Assembly: GCA_964016885.1 (NCBI GenBank)
Contig: OZ024741.1
Coordinates: 196,974,001 to 197,038,000 of the forward strand
Direction: 5' to 3'
DNA length: 64,000 bases
Source of the DNA: Eledone cirrhosa
Lineage: Eukaryota
The position numbers and the translations under genes are program-made. The notes beneath the pieces were generated by a model, which saw only the letters and a program-made list of their open reading frames with translations, did no database searches and had not been told where the DNA came from. The first letter of the stretch is position 1, and each line of letters begins with the position of its first letter. Of this stretch, positions 1 to 13,944 are shown piece by piece.

Positions 1-189
1 GCAATGAAATATTTAATTTTGGAGTATATTTAATTTAATATTTAAGTAAATTTAATTATTATTTACCACCATCAATGATGACACGAGTTCGCTATCTAAA
101 TATGTGTGTATCTGTGTGTGTCTTTTTCATATATATATATATATTGATAGAGGTGTATATGAAGACATATATGATATGTTTATGTATCA

Positions 190-990
190 ATAAATGATTG
201 TTTAAGCCTTTTCAAAAGCATCCATTAGGTGTTGCATATCCTCTTCTGTGCAAGCCACAAGGTCATTGGCATAGAGCAAATACCTCACCAATGTCAAAAG
301 ACTTTTATCTTTGCCTTAAAATGTCTGATGTTGAAGACATTTCCAGTTGTTTACAGTCCCTGAAAACCAGTTGAAATACTATTGTGAAGTATAATGCAAA
401 CAGTGTAGGAGCAAGAATATATCCCTGCTTCACTCCATACCCGACGTTTATGGACTTAGAAAGCTTTTCACCCACATTTTCGTGAGTATCCATACCGCCA
501 CAAAATCCTTTCAAAATACTCACATTTTTCAGGGCACTCAAGCTTCTCCAAAGATCTCCACAAACCACCTCTGTGCAAATTATTACCTTGTTCTAAGCAC
601 TTCTCTTGCAATTATTTGGCAGAAAAGATCATGTCAACTGTACCATGTTCCTCACAAAAACTGGATTGAGATTCTGGAAGAGCATCTCTGGCAATACGCA
701 TAAGCAACAGATCAAACAAAATCCTTCACAAAATCTTCCTGACTATAGAGAGCAAAGATATGCCTCAATAGTTGCCACAATCGTCTTTACTACAAGATAC
801 AAGATAACCATCAGAGCATCTCACCAATCAGGGGGAAACAGTTTTATTATACCAGATGTCATGTTTGATGACATGAAATTGTTTCTGTAGGTTCTCACCT
901 TCCTATTTCAGAAATTCAGCATTAATTCCATCCATTCCAGGAGATTTGCCACTAATTAGTTTAGTCACTGCTGTCTCCACTTCCTCAAAC
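190..990 (-). mobile_element. Degraded RTE (BovB-like) LINE reverse transcriptase fragment
   Basis: ORF 305-568 has GVKQGYILAPTLFALYF (RT motif B', RTE/BovB type). Adjacent frames are broken by stops and frameshifts. Boundaries approximate. Confidence 0.75.
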
Positions 991-1250
991 ATAAGAAAAA
1001 TCGAAAATGCAACTGGAGTCTTTTTAAGAATATTTATTTATTTCCTTTACCGGTTTCACAGTTCTTATGCTTTTCAAAAGTAAAATTAAGATGGAGAATT
1101 TGTGGTTTGTCTCCAGATGTGAGACAAACCACAAACCCTCCATCTCAATTTTACTTTTGAAAAGCATAAGAACTGTGAAACCGGTAAAGGAAATAAATAA
1201 ATAAATATTCTTTAAAAACTCCAGTTACATTTTCGATTTCTTTTTCTTAT
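991..1250. repeat. Fold-back palindrome (~120-bp arms, 7-nt spacer at 1114-1120) carrying two outward-facing hammerhead-like motifs
   Basis: 991-1113 is the near-exact reverse complement of 1121-1250. Confidence 0.9.
1150..1193 (+). ncRNA. Minimal type I hammerhead-like motif with U3-A8 core variant (mirror copy on minus strand at 1041-1084)
   Basis: ctt-TTGAAAA-gca(taagaac)tgt-GAAA-CCGG-TA-aag: short stem I, stem II, one-pair stem III with palindromic CCGG loop. Confidence 0.6.
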
Positions 1251-1437
1251 ACTTTCACCCATGTAGGACATCTCGTTTTTTTATCTTTTTTAAATCTTTA
1301 TAAGCAAAGGGATATTTAATTTGTTGGTAATTCAACAAATATATATATTTATAACAGATTCAAAGGACTTGACAAGTTTTCTCGAGTATAATATCAATGA
1401 TATTAATAAATGGAAATTATATTTATAAAACCATATT

Positions 1438-1498
1438 TATTCTATTATATATATTTCAAGGGTACCAAAACTTTGGTGTGCTCTGATCAGATAAAATA
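1438..1498 (-). ncRNA. Degenerate type I hammerhead ribozyme (G8 to C)
   Basis: Minus strand: tattttat-CTGATCA-gagcacaccaaagttttggtaccctt-GAAA-tatata-TA-atagaata; 8-bp stem I. Confidence 0.6.
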
Positions 1499-1559
1499 CA
1501 AGGTTTGTTTTATAAATATTGACATATCCAGGAATGAGACCTTAACAGTTCAAGTTTCA

Positions 1560-2003
1560 CCTGGATAGCGAACACACACACACCAAACACTATACACACA
1601 CGCAAACACATGCGCAGAAAAGAAGACAAAAATAAATAATTAAATAAACAGATAAAATAAAAATGGCGTAGATATACGATACAACAGAAGGAACATAATA
1701 TCACCACTGACGATGTTGCAGATGGGTAACGAAAGAACTTTATTAGACTATATATATATATGTGTTTATATCTATATTATATCTGTACTTTTGACCGTTG
1801 GTTAGTCAGTGCTAACATTGAGGACTGAATGAATTAACTGTGGAGATATAAAAGATACAGAAACGAAAACCAACCAAACACTGAGCGTGTTCCGTTATCA
1901 TTCCTGGCAATATTACAACAATATGACCCTCCCCAAGTATAACAATATTTGTTTCGACACACAATTTCATATCAAAAACCTCGCAAAAGAAATTCAGTGC
2001 CGT
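1560..2003 (+). mobile_element. Diverged Penelope-like pLTR-related fragment with decayed hammerhead core at 1707-1742
   Basis: Shares blocks (aaatggcgt, CTGAnGA...GAAAGAACT, atgaccctccc.aagtataacaatat, tttc.acacac) with 3600-3915, 4543-4800 and 50428-50720. Confidence 0.6.
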
Positions 2004-2102
2004 CATATACATATATACACATAAATATATGTATATATATACATATATACACATATATATACACACACATATATATATATATACATTTACACATATATAT
2101 AT

Positions 2103-2153
<51 letters not shown>

Positions 2154-2172
2154 TACATTTACACATATATAT

Positions 2173-2213
<41 letters not shown>

Positions 2214-2230
2214 CATTTACACATATATAT

Positions 2231-2275
<45 letters not shown>

Positions 2276-2290
2276 CATTTACACATATAT

Positions 2291-2346
<56 letters not shown>

Positions 2347-2360
2347 TTACACATATATAT

Positions 2361-2410
<50 letters not shown>

Positions 2411-2424
2411 TTACACATATATAT

Positions 2425-2461
<37 letters not shown>

Positions 2462-2478
2462 CATTTACACATATATAT

Positions 2479-2515
<37 letters not shown>

Positions 2516-2532
2516 CATTTACACATATATAT

Positions 2533-2570
<38 letters not shown>

Positions 2571-2584
2571 TTACACATATATAT

Positions 2585-2622
<38 letters not shown>

Positions 2623-2654
2623 TTACACATATATATACACACACACATATATAT

Positions 2655-2723
<69 letters not shown>

Positions 2724-2731
2724 CATACATA

Positions 2732-2774
<43 letters not shown>

Positions 2775-2812
2775 ACACACACATATATATATATATACAC
2801 ACACATATATAC

Positions 2813-2843
<31 letters not shown>

Positions 2844-3590
2844 TATACACACACACATGTATATATACATATACACACACACACATATATATATACATAT
2901 ATACACACACACACATATATATATACATATATATATATATCCATGCAAGCGTGGAAGATGGACGTTAAACGATGATGATGATATATATATACATATATAT
3001 ACATATATATACATATATACATATATATACACACATATATATACACATATATATACACACACATATATATATATACATATATAAACACACATATATATAC
3101 ACATATATATATATACATATATATACACACACTTACACACATATATATATATATACATATATATACATACATATACACACACATATATATATATATATAT
3201 ACACACACATATATACATATACATATATATATATATATACACACATATATATATACATATATATATATACACACATATATATACACATATACACACACAC
3301 ACAAACACAAACATATACACACACACATACACGCATACACACATACACACACACCCATATATACACACACACACACACACATATATATATACACACACAC
3401 ACATATATACACACACACACATATACACATATATATACACACACACACATATATATATATATACATACATACATACATACACACATATATACACACACAT
3501 ATATATATATACATATATACACACATATATACACACACACATATATATATATACATATATACACACATATATACAGACACACATATACAT
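2004..3590. repeat. Compound (TA)n/(CA)n microsatellite
   Basis: Direct inspection; includes higher-order units such as catttacacatatat. Confidence 0.97.
2939..2982 (+). mobile_element. Isolated 3' tail of RTE family A inside microsatellite
   Basis: ccatgcaagcgtggaagatggacgttaaac(gat)n matches the tails at about 28143-28190, 45484-45543 and 46711-46752. Confidence 0.8.
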
Positions 3591-3599
3591 AAAAAAAAA

Positions 3600-3915
3600 C
3601 AAAAAAAAAACAAGATGGCGTGGGACAGAACAAAGGAGATGCACAAAAAACAAAGAAGAGAATCCCCAGTCACTGAAGAGGTCACAGAATGTGCTACGAA
3701 AGAACTTTGACAATATAGAAACAACCATCTGGTTGTGGAACCAACCAACCAACCGGAAATTTATAAATTCCTAAATTTATGAATTTATTATAATAAATTG
3801 AAGTGAAAACATCTGGTGCGTGTGTTTCTTATTGGCAACATGACCCTCCCAAAGTATATCGGTTTCAACACACGTTTTCAGATAAAGAATCTTGCTAAAC
3901 AAATGCAGACACGAA
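3600..3915 (+). mobile_element. Penelope-like pLTR copy with hammerhead motif at 3668-3711
   Basis: Reverse complement of 4543-4800 and 50428-50720. HHR reads gtca-CTGAAGA-g-gtcacagaatgtgctac-GAAA-gaac-TT-tgac, with stem II damaged. Confidence 0.8.
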
Positions 3916-4018
3916 ATATATATGTATATATATATATATACATATATATGTACATATATATATATATATATACATATATATGCACATATATATATATATA
4001 TATATATACATATATATG

Positions 4019-4052
<34 letters not shown>

Positions 4053-4192
4053 TATGCACATATATATATATATATATACATATATATGCACATATATATA
4101 TATATATACATATATATGCACATATATATATATATATATGCACATATATATATATATATATACACATATATATATATATATACACACATATG

Positions 4193-4230
<38 letters not shown>

Positions 4231-4275
4231 CATATATATATACATATATACATATATATATATATACATATATAC

Positions 4276-4312
<37 letters not shown>

Positions 4313-4503
4313 CATAAATACATATATATATATATATATACATATATATAAATACATATATATATATACATATATATAAATAAATACACATATATAAATA
4401 AGTACACATATATAAATAAGTACACACATATATATATATATACATAAATATATACATATACATATATATATACATAAATAAATACACATATATAGAAATA
4501 AGT

Positions 4504-4542
<39 letters not shown>
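3916..4542. repeat. (TA)n/(TACA)n microsatellite
   Basis: Direct inspection. Confidence 0.97.
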
Positions 4543-4547
<5 letters not shown>

Positions 4548-4698
4548 ATACTTTGGGAGGGCCATGTTGCCAATAAGAAACACACGCACCAGTTGCTTTC
4601 ACTTCAATTTAATTTATTATATATTTATAAATTTACAAATTTATAAATTTCTGGTTGGTTGGTTGGTTCCACAACCAGATAGTTGTTTATATATATAT

Positions 4699-4741
4699 AG
4701 TCATAGTTCTTTCGTCACACACTGTGACCTCTTCAGTGACT
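4699..4741 (-). ncRNA. Minimal type I hammerhead ribozyme in pLTR
   Basis: Minus strand: agtca-CTGAAGA-g-gtcaca(gtg)tgtgac-GAAA-gaac-TA-tgact; stems I and II fully paired. Confidence 0.85.
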
Positions 4742-5044
4742 GGGGATTTCTTTCTTCGTTTCTGTGCCTTTCCTTTCTTCTATCCTACGCCATTTTGTTT
4801 GTGTGTGGGTTGCGTGCTCAGTTTGCGCATGCGCCACATCCGGGTGTCTGTGTGTGTTTGTGTTCATTTTTCTATTTTTCTATTTATATTTTTCTATTTG
4901 TTTATTTATTTATTTATTGTTGGTTGGTTGTTTGTTCTATGTGTGTGTGTGTGTTTTCATTTTGTCTTGTGTGTGTTTTCATTTTGTGTGTGTTTTCAAT
5001 TGTAAGTTGTTTGTTCTATGTGTGTGTGTGTTTTCATTTTGTCC

Positions 5045-5420
5045 TTAATTGTAAGTTGTGATGTTGCTGTTCCACTCATATTTTCTATTTAATTTTGGTT
5101 TTAATTCTTTTATGCTTACTGCCTCTGTAATTTGCCTAAACATTGCATCTTTCTTGTGTGTGGATTCTATTTTTATTTCTATGCTCTCTAATTTACCCCT
5201 GTGTTCTATCTTAGCATGTTGGTAGAGCACAGATGATTCTTTATTATCTTGGAGGTCTCGCCAGTGTTCATTTATTCGTTCCCCTATACTACGAGCTGTC
5301 TCACCTATGTACACTATATTTTTGTTTCTACATTGTCCTTCAGTACATCTTATGCTATATACTACATTTCTAGTTTTACAGTTAATATGGGGGCTTATTT
5401 TACAGGTTATACATTTCAAG
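5045..5420 (-). pseudogene. C-terminal GIY-YIG endonuclease of Penelope-like element (truncated by microsatellite)
   Basis: CITC...[12 protein letters not shown]...[16 protein letters not shown]...E...I...PKLN: CxxC linker plus GIY-YIG motifs. The rest of ORF 5045-7054 is microsatellite. Confidence 0.9.
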
Positions 5421-7230
<1,810 letters not shown>

Positions 7231-8756
7231 ATCTATCTAAGGCGGGTAAAATTCCCGAGATCCATGGACGAGTTCTCTCCAGCGGTCTCTGTCCCTCATT
7301 ATCGCTGCCATATCCTGCATCTCCAACAGACCAGTGTCTGTCCTTAGGGCATCAACATATGTTAACCTTGGTCTTCCTCTTCTAGTGTGTCCATGTAGGG
7401 GCTCCCAAAGGAGCACTGAGTGCAATGTCAACTCTGGATGTCGGTGAGCATGTCCAGCCAACCTCAGTCTCCTCTGTGTCACTTTTGAGCTGACTTTTGG
7501 GATGCTCCCATACAGCTCTGAGTTTTTCATCCTCAGTGTATACTGATTAATGTTCAGAGCCATCCTCAGCATTCTCGTGTAGCACCCATCCACCATCTGA
7601 GTGAGTCTCTTGGTCAGTGTCCAAGTCTCAGACCCATACAGCAGTACAGACTCCACTACAGCAATGAAGAGGCGGATTTTCAGGTCTCTACGAAGGTCCG
7701 ACTTCCACACCGATCTCAAGCTGTGACACGCCGCCCAGGCCTTGCTCTTCCTCTCAACCACATCATCTTCCGTATTCCCAATCTTTGCTCCCAAATACAG
7801 AGACAGAGCCCTTCACCAGAGAGGAGCTTCAGAGAGCCAAGAAGAAGATCAAGGAGGGCAAGGCTCATGGAGAAGATGGAGTGGCATCAGAGGTGATGAA
7901 GAGGTGTGATTTTGACGATATCATCCTGGGGATCTGTAACGGGGCACTGGAGAAAGGAGTTGCCCCGAATCAGTGGAGGATCAGTAACATCGTCCCAGTG
8001 CCAAAGAAGGGAGATCTCTCTAACACCAACAACTACCGGGGGATCTCACTGACGTCACTTGTGGCAAAGACCCTCAACAGGATGATTCTTAACAGGATCC
8101 AGCCTGAGATGGAGAAGAAGCTCAGGGACAACCAGAACGGCTTCAGAGAGGGTAGATCAACCACCAGTCACATCCTGATGCTGAGGAGGATATTAGAGGG
8201 AGCTAGAGCAAAGTGCCTTCCTGCGGTCATGGTTTTCATTGACTTTAGGAAGGCCTTTGATTCTGTGGACCGTTACTGCCTGATGAAGATCTTACAGGCT
8301 TATGGAATCCCCAAGAGGATAGTGGACCTGATATCACTGCTCTACACCAACACCAAAGCCCAAGTCATTACACCTGATGGGATGACAGAGTTCTTTGAGA
8401 TACTGGCTGGAGTGCTCCAGGGAGATACATTGGCTCCCTACCTTTTTATCATCATAGTGGACTATTGTATGCGCCTTGCACTGGAGAAACACCAGGACTC
8501 TGGCTTTACTGTAGCACCGGGTCAGAGCAGGAGAGTTGGGGCGAAAAAGGTATCGGATGCTGAATTTGCCGACGACATAGTTTTGGTGACAAATACAGTG
8601 AATGAGGCAGAGGATTTGATGCGGGAGGTTGAGACTGTGTCGATGAGTGTGGGGCTGAGGATGAATGAGACTAAAACAAAATATCTGGTAGAGAATGTTG
8701 AGAAGCCAGAGGGGATCACTAATGTAGGCGGGAGGCCGCTGGAATTGGTTGAGGAC
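7231..8756. mobile_element. RTE-clade LINE (family C), 5'-truncated with internal inversion
   Basis: 7237-7800 (-) encodes LYLGAKIG...LLYGSETW...RLRLAGH to the stop. 7801-8756 (+) encodes the upstream RT (NYRGISL, QNGFR, FIDFRKAFDSV, GVLQGD, FADD) ending LELVED. Confidence 0.92.
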
Positions 8757-8946
8757 ATACATATATATACACACACATATATATATATATATACATACAC
8801 ATATATATACATACATATATATATATAAATACACATATATACACACATATATATATATATATACATACACATATATATACATACATATATATATATAAAT
8901 ACACATATATACACACATATATATATATATATACATACACATACAC

Positions 8947-8981
<35 letters not shown>

Positions 8982-8992
8982 TATATACACAC

Positions 8993-9023
<31 letters not shown>

Positions 9024-9048
9024 CAAACATATATATATATATACAAAC

Positions 9049-9081
<33 letters not shown>

Positions 9082-9180
9082 CATACATATATATATACAC
9101 ACATATATATATATATATATACATATATATATACACACACATATATATATATATATATATACATACATACATATATATAT

Positions 9181-9219
<39 letters not shown>

Positions 9220-9242
9220 TATATACATATACATATATATAT

Positions 9243-9279
<37 letters not shown>

Positions 9280-9296
9280 TATATACATATACATAT

Positions 9297-9333
<37 letters not shown>

Positions 9334-9357
9334 TATATACATATACATATATATATA

Positions 9358-9417
<60 letters not shown>

Positions 9418-9750
9418 CATATACATATATATATACATATATATATATACATATATATATATATACATATACATATATATACATATATATATATATACAT
9501 ATATATATACATATATATATACATATATATACATATATATATACATATATATATACATATACATATATATATATAAATATGTATATATATATACATATAT
9601 ATATATAAATATGTATATATATATACATATATATATATAAATATATATATATATACATATATATATATAAATATATATATATACATATATATATATAAAT
9701 ATATATATATACATATATATATATAAATATATATACATATATATATATAA

Positions 9751-9798
<48 letters not shown>

Positions 9799-10315
9799 TA
9801 TATATATATATATATATATATACTATATATTTCATATTTATAAATTGTATATAATAGATATATTTATATTATATCTATGTATATATATTATACATATTTA
9901 TTTATATATAAATATATATATATATACATATATATATATAAATATATATATATATACATATATATATATACATATATATATATAAATATATATATATATA
10001 CATATATAAATATATATATATATACATATATATATATACATATATATATATAAATATATATATATATACATATATATATATAAATATATATATATATACA
10101 TATATATATATAAATATATATATATACATATATATATATAAATATATATATATATACATATATATATATAAATATATATATATACATATATATATATAAA
10201 TATATATATATATACATATATATATAAATATATATATATATACATATATATATATAAATATATATATATACATATATATATATAAATATATATATATATA
10301 CATATATATATATAA

Positions 10316-10346
<31 letters not shown>

Positions 10347-10377
10347 CATATATATATATAAATATATATATATATAC

Positions 10378-10468
<91 letters not shown>

Positions 10469-10493
10469 TATATAAATATATATATATATACAT
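8757..10493. repeat. (TA)n/(TACA)n/(TAAA)n microsatellite
   Basis: Direct inspection. Confidence 0.97.
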
Positions 10494-11467
10494 ATAAAAT
10501 AAATAATGAACAAACAATTCCTTATATTAAACAAAAAAAGTTCACTATTTAACGATCGTTTCTAGGGCATATATGTGCTATAATTGGTATGCATATTTAA
10601 CAGATCTATGTACAAAATTATACAAAATTATACAAATTATCAAGATTAAATATACATACCTAACTCATATATACGCCGTCTTCAGAAATAATGAAGTATA
10701 TTTATTGATAATAACAACAATTCAAAATATCAGTTCAAAATTGACCAATGAAAACACAAAGGGTTAAAAAGCAGTTTGGTGTGTGTATATACATGTAAAA
10801 CCCTACACACATTTTACAATAATGTGTGTATAATATGTATGTGCATACTAAAAAGATGGATGCAAATAAAAAATTTCAAGGTTAATATCTCTGTAAGTTT
10901 AATGCGCTGATAAGATACGCAATGATACTTATGTAGTCAAGCATATAAATATATTTTTTCTTTTCATACTCACACATATCAGTATAATCACACATACATG
11001 TGCGTATATATATAAATATACACATAACCACGAACACACAAACACACACACACCCCCCACTCACATTTATATATGTGGATATAAAATCATAAGCAAATAG
11101 AAATTAAGTCACTCACATAAACACACTGATACACACATTTCAAGATCAAGATACAGAAATTAGGTGGGAGGGGGGGGGGAGGGGTCAGTATTAGGTTGTC
11201 AGACCAGACAGCCTAATATAAATGTATCTATAAATTATGAAAAATAAAAAAATAAAAACAATAAAATATATTACATAATATAATGTACATACGCATACAG
11301 ATATATATACACATACGTACATGTACGCGCACATAGAGATATCTACACATACATACATACACACATACCTATAGTGTCCTACACACACATACATTTACAC
11401 GAACATACACATACACATATAAAAAGATAAAAATACGGACACACACACGCGCAACACATACACACAT

Positions 11468-11518
<51 letters not shown>

Positions 11519-11628
11519 TATACACACACACACATAGACTCATATATATATACATACACATACATATACTTATACATAAACATATATATCCCACACTCAT
11601 ACCACCATGAAAACACATACAAACATCC

Positions 11629-11667
<39 letters not shown>

Positions 11668-11905
11668 TATGTATATATATAAACATACACACACGTACAC
11701 ATATATGCATATATACATACACATATACACACATACACATATATATATATATATACACACACACATAAAATACAGACATGCACATATATATATATATATA
11801 TATATATATACATTTCATTACCTTTATATATACACATAGTATATATACATACACAACCTCACTTATACACATATACACATAAGTTATATTACAATAATAA
11901 TAAAG

Positions 11906-11942
<37 letters not shown>

Positions 11943-12081
11943 TATACACACATATACACATATACATACATACACATACATATACATACATACATACACA
12001 TACATACATACACCTAAATATAAACATATATAAATACACACATACGAATAAAGACATATATTCACACATAGACACCTATAT

Positions 12082-12122
<41 letters not shown>

Positions 12123-13090
12123 TATCTATATACACACACATACACATACATACACATATATATATATATATATACACATATATACACACGCACACACATA
12201 CAGACACACATACACACTCACATATATATATATATATATATATATATGTGTATGTGAGTGTGCGCAAATACATACATATATATACACACACACATACAAA
12301 CACACACAAACACATACATATGCATACATGCACACACACACACATATATCACATAGATACGAAGATAAACATATAAATAGAGAGACATACAAATATATAC
12401 AGAACCCATATACACATACATGCAAACACGCATATACATATATACATATATACACACATATATATTCCTATATACAAGCATACACATACGCACACATATA
12501 TACATATACCTACACATATATATACCACACATTCACATACACGTACATATATAATACATATATATACATACATATACATACATATGTATGTACAATCATA
12601 TATACACACTCAATCTTACATTCATATTTACATGCTCATATATGTATTTTTATATCTAGAAATAAATACCAAAAAAAACTATATAGACACCCATCTACCC
12701 ATATATTCATACATATACACTTACAAAAACAGATGATAATAGTATGGGGGAAAGGGGGGGGGTTTGGAGAAGGGGATCAAAGTAAATATATGTTTCAAGA
12801 AACCTATAATATTTTCCATATCTTAATTCAATGTATGTTCTTACATATTTTCAATGCTAGGAAATACGAAATCTATGCATCACAAAATAAAAAAGTATAC
12901 CATTAATCATATGTCAACTAAACCAAAAGATAGTCAACATATTGATTTCCAAGGTATAAATTAGTTAGGTTTATAATATTTGAAGCAGAATTATGAAGTC
13001 AAACAGTAGTAAATTATTAATTACATTATAACTAAATTAAAGTTAATAATAGGGAAAAGAAACCCAAATAAAAATAAAATAAAGTATTAC
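10494..13090 (-). repeat. Left arm of 2.6-kb inverted repeat (element 3' UTR/pLTR)
   Basis: Reverse complement of 16046-18646. Mirrored ORF translations in the track are identical (e.g. 10573-10767 vs 18375-18569). Confidence 0.95.
10541..10695 (-). ncRNA. Hammerhead-like motif with very long stem II (copy 1)
   Basis: Mirror of 18447-18601. Confidence 0.65.
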
Positions 13091-13944
13091 ATCGGTAGTA
13101 GCATATAAATTATATGTAAACTAAGTTAAAAATTATATATTTATTTCAATAGTATATGTTAATTAGTATATGTTAATTAGGTATACAATACATAAAGCAG
13201 ATATTGTATTTCATCAATAGCATAATATAATTATATGCAAATAAAAATCAAAATTAATACGCATACACATACATATACATACACATACACATACATATAC
13301 ATATACATACACATATATATATATATATATATACATATATATACACACGTACATACATATATAGTCACATAAATATACATACAGATACACATACAATACA
13401 CACATATACATATACATATAGATATACATATCTTTTTCAAAAAATTTGCACAGAATATATTAACTAGGTATATATCCAAAAACACCTCCCATTCTATGAT
13501 TACATGAAATTCTGCAATTCGTCTGTACAAGGATACTAATTTTAAGCAAATTAAAATTAAAATTAAAGTTTTAGGTTGATTAAAGCTAAAACCAAATAAT
13601 AAATATATTTCCAAAATGTATATTAATTAGGTCAATAATACTAAAAAATTCTTTCTCCGTCATAGGATACATGATATTATTTTGTTATATTTTATCTGTA
13701 AAAGAATTATAATAAAAAAAATTTTATAATAAAAGGTTAAACTAAATTAAAAAATTATAATAAAAGGTTAAAATAAGTTAAAATTAATCTATAAATTAAA
13801 TTACTGAATATATATTAGTAATATTTAAAGGTTTTTCAAAATTAATGATTACATAATATTTTCTCATCTGTAATAAAATATTAATTAAATTAAATTTATA
13901 GGTTAACTAACATTTAAATTAAATTAAATTCTAGAATAATGTTA

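Larger units (their letters stand above)
4543..5420 (-). mobile_element. 5'-truncated Penelope-like element (Neptune-type): GIY-YIG end of ORF plus 3' pLTR
   Basis: Endonuclease-coding segment followed downstream by a hammerhead-containing repeat in the sense orientation. Confidence 0.85.

Noticed and set aside
3855-3890. Possible second antisense hammerhead in the pLTR (CTGAAAA...GAAACCGATA; also near 50463)
   Set aside because: Core mismatched, stem II and stem I do not pair properly, and it is not conserved in the diverged copy.
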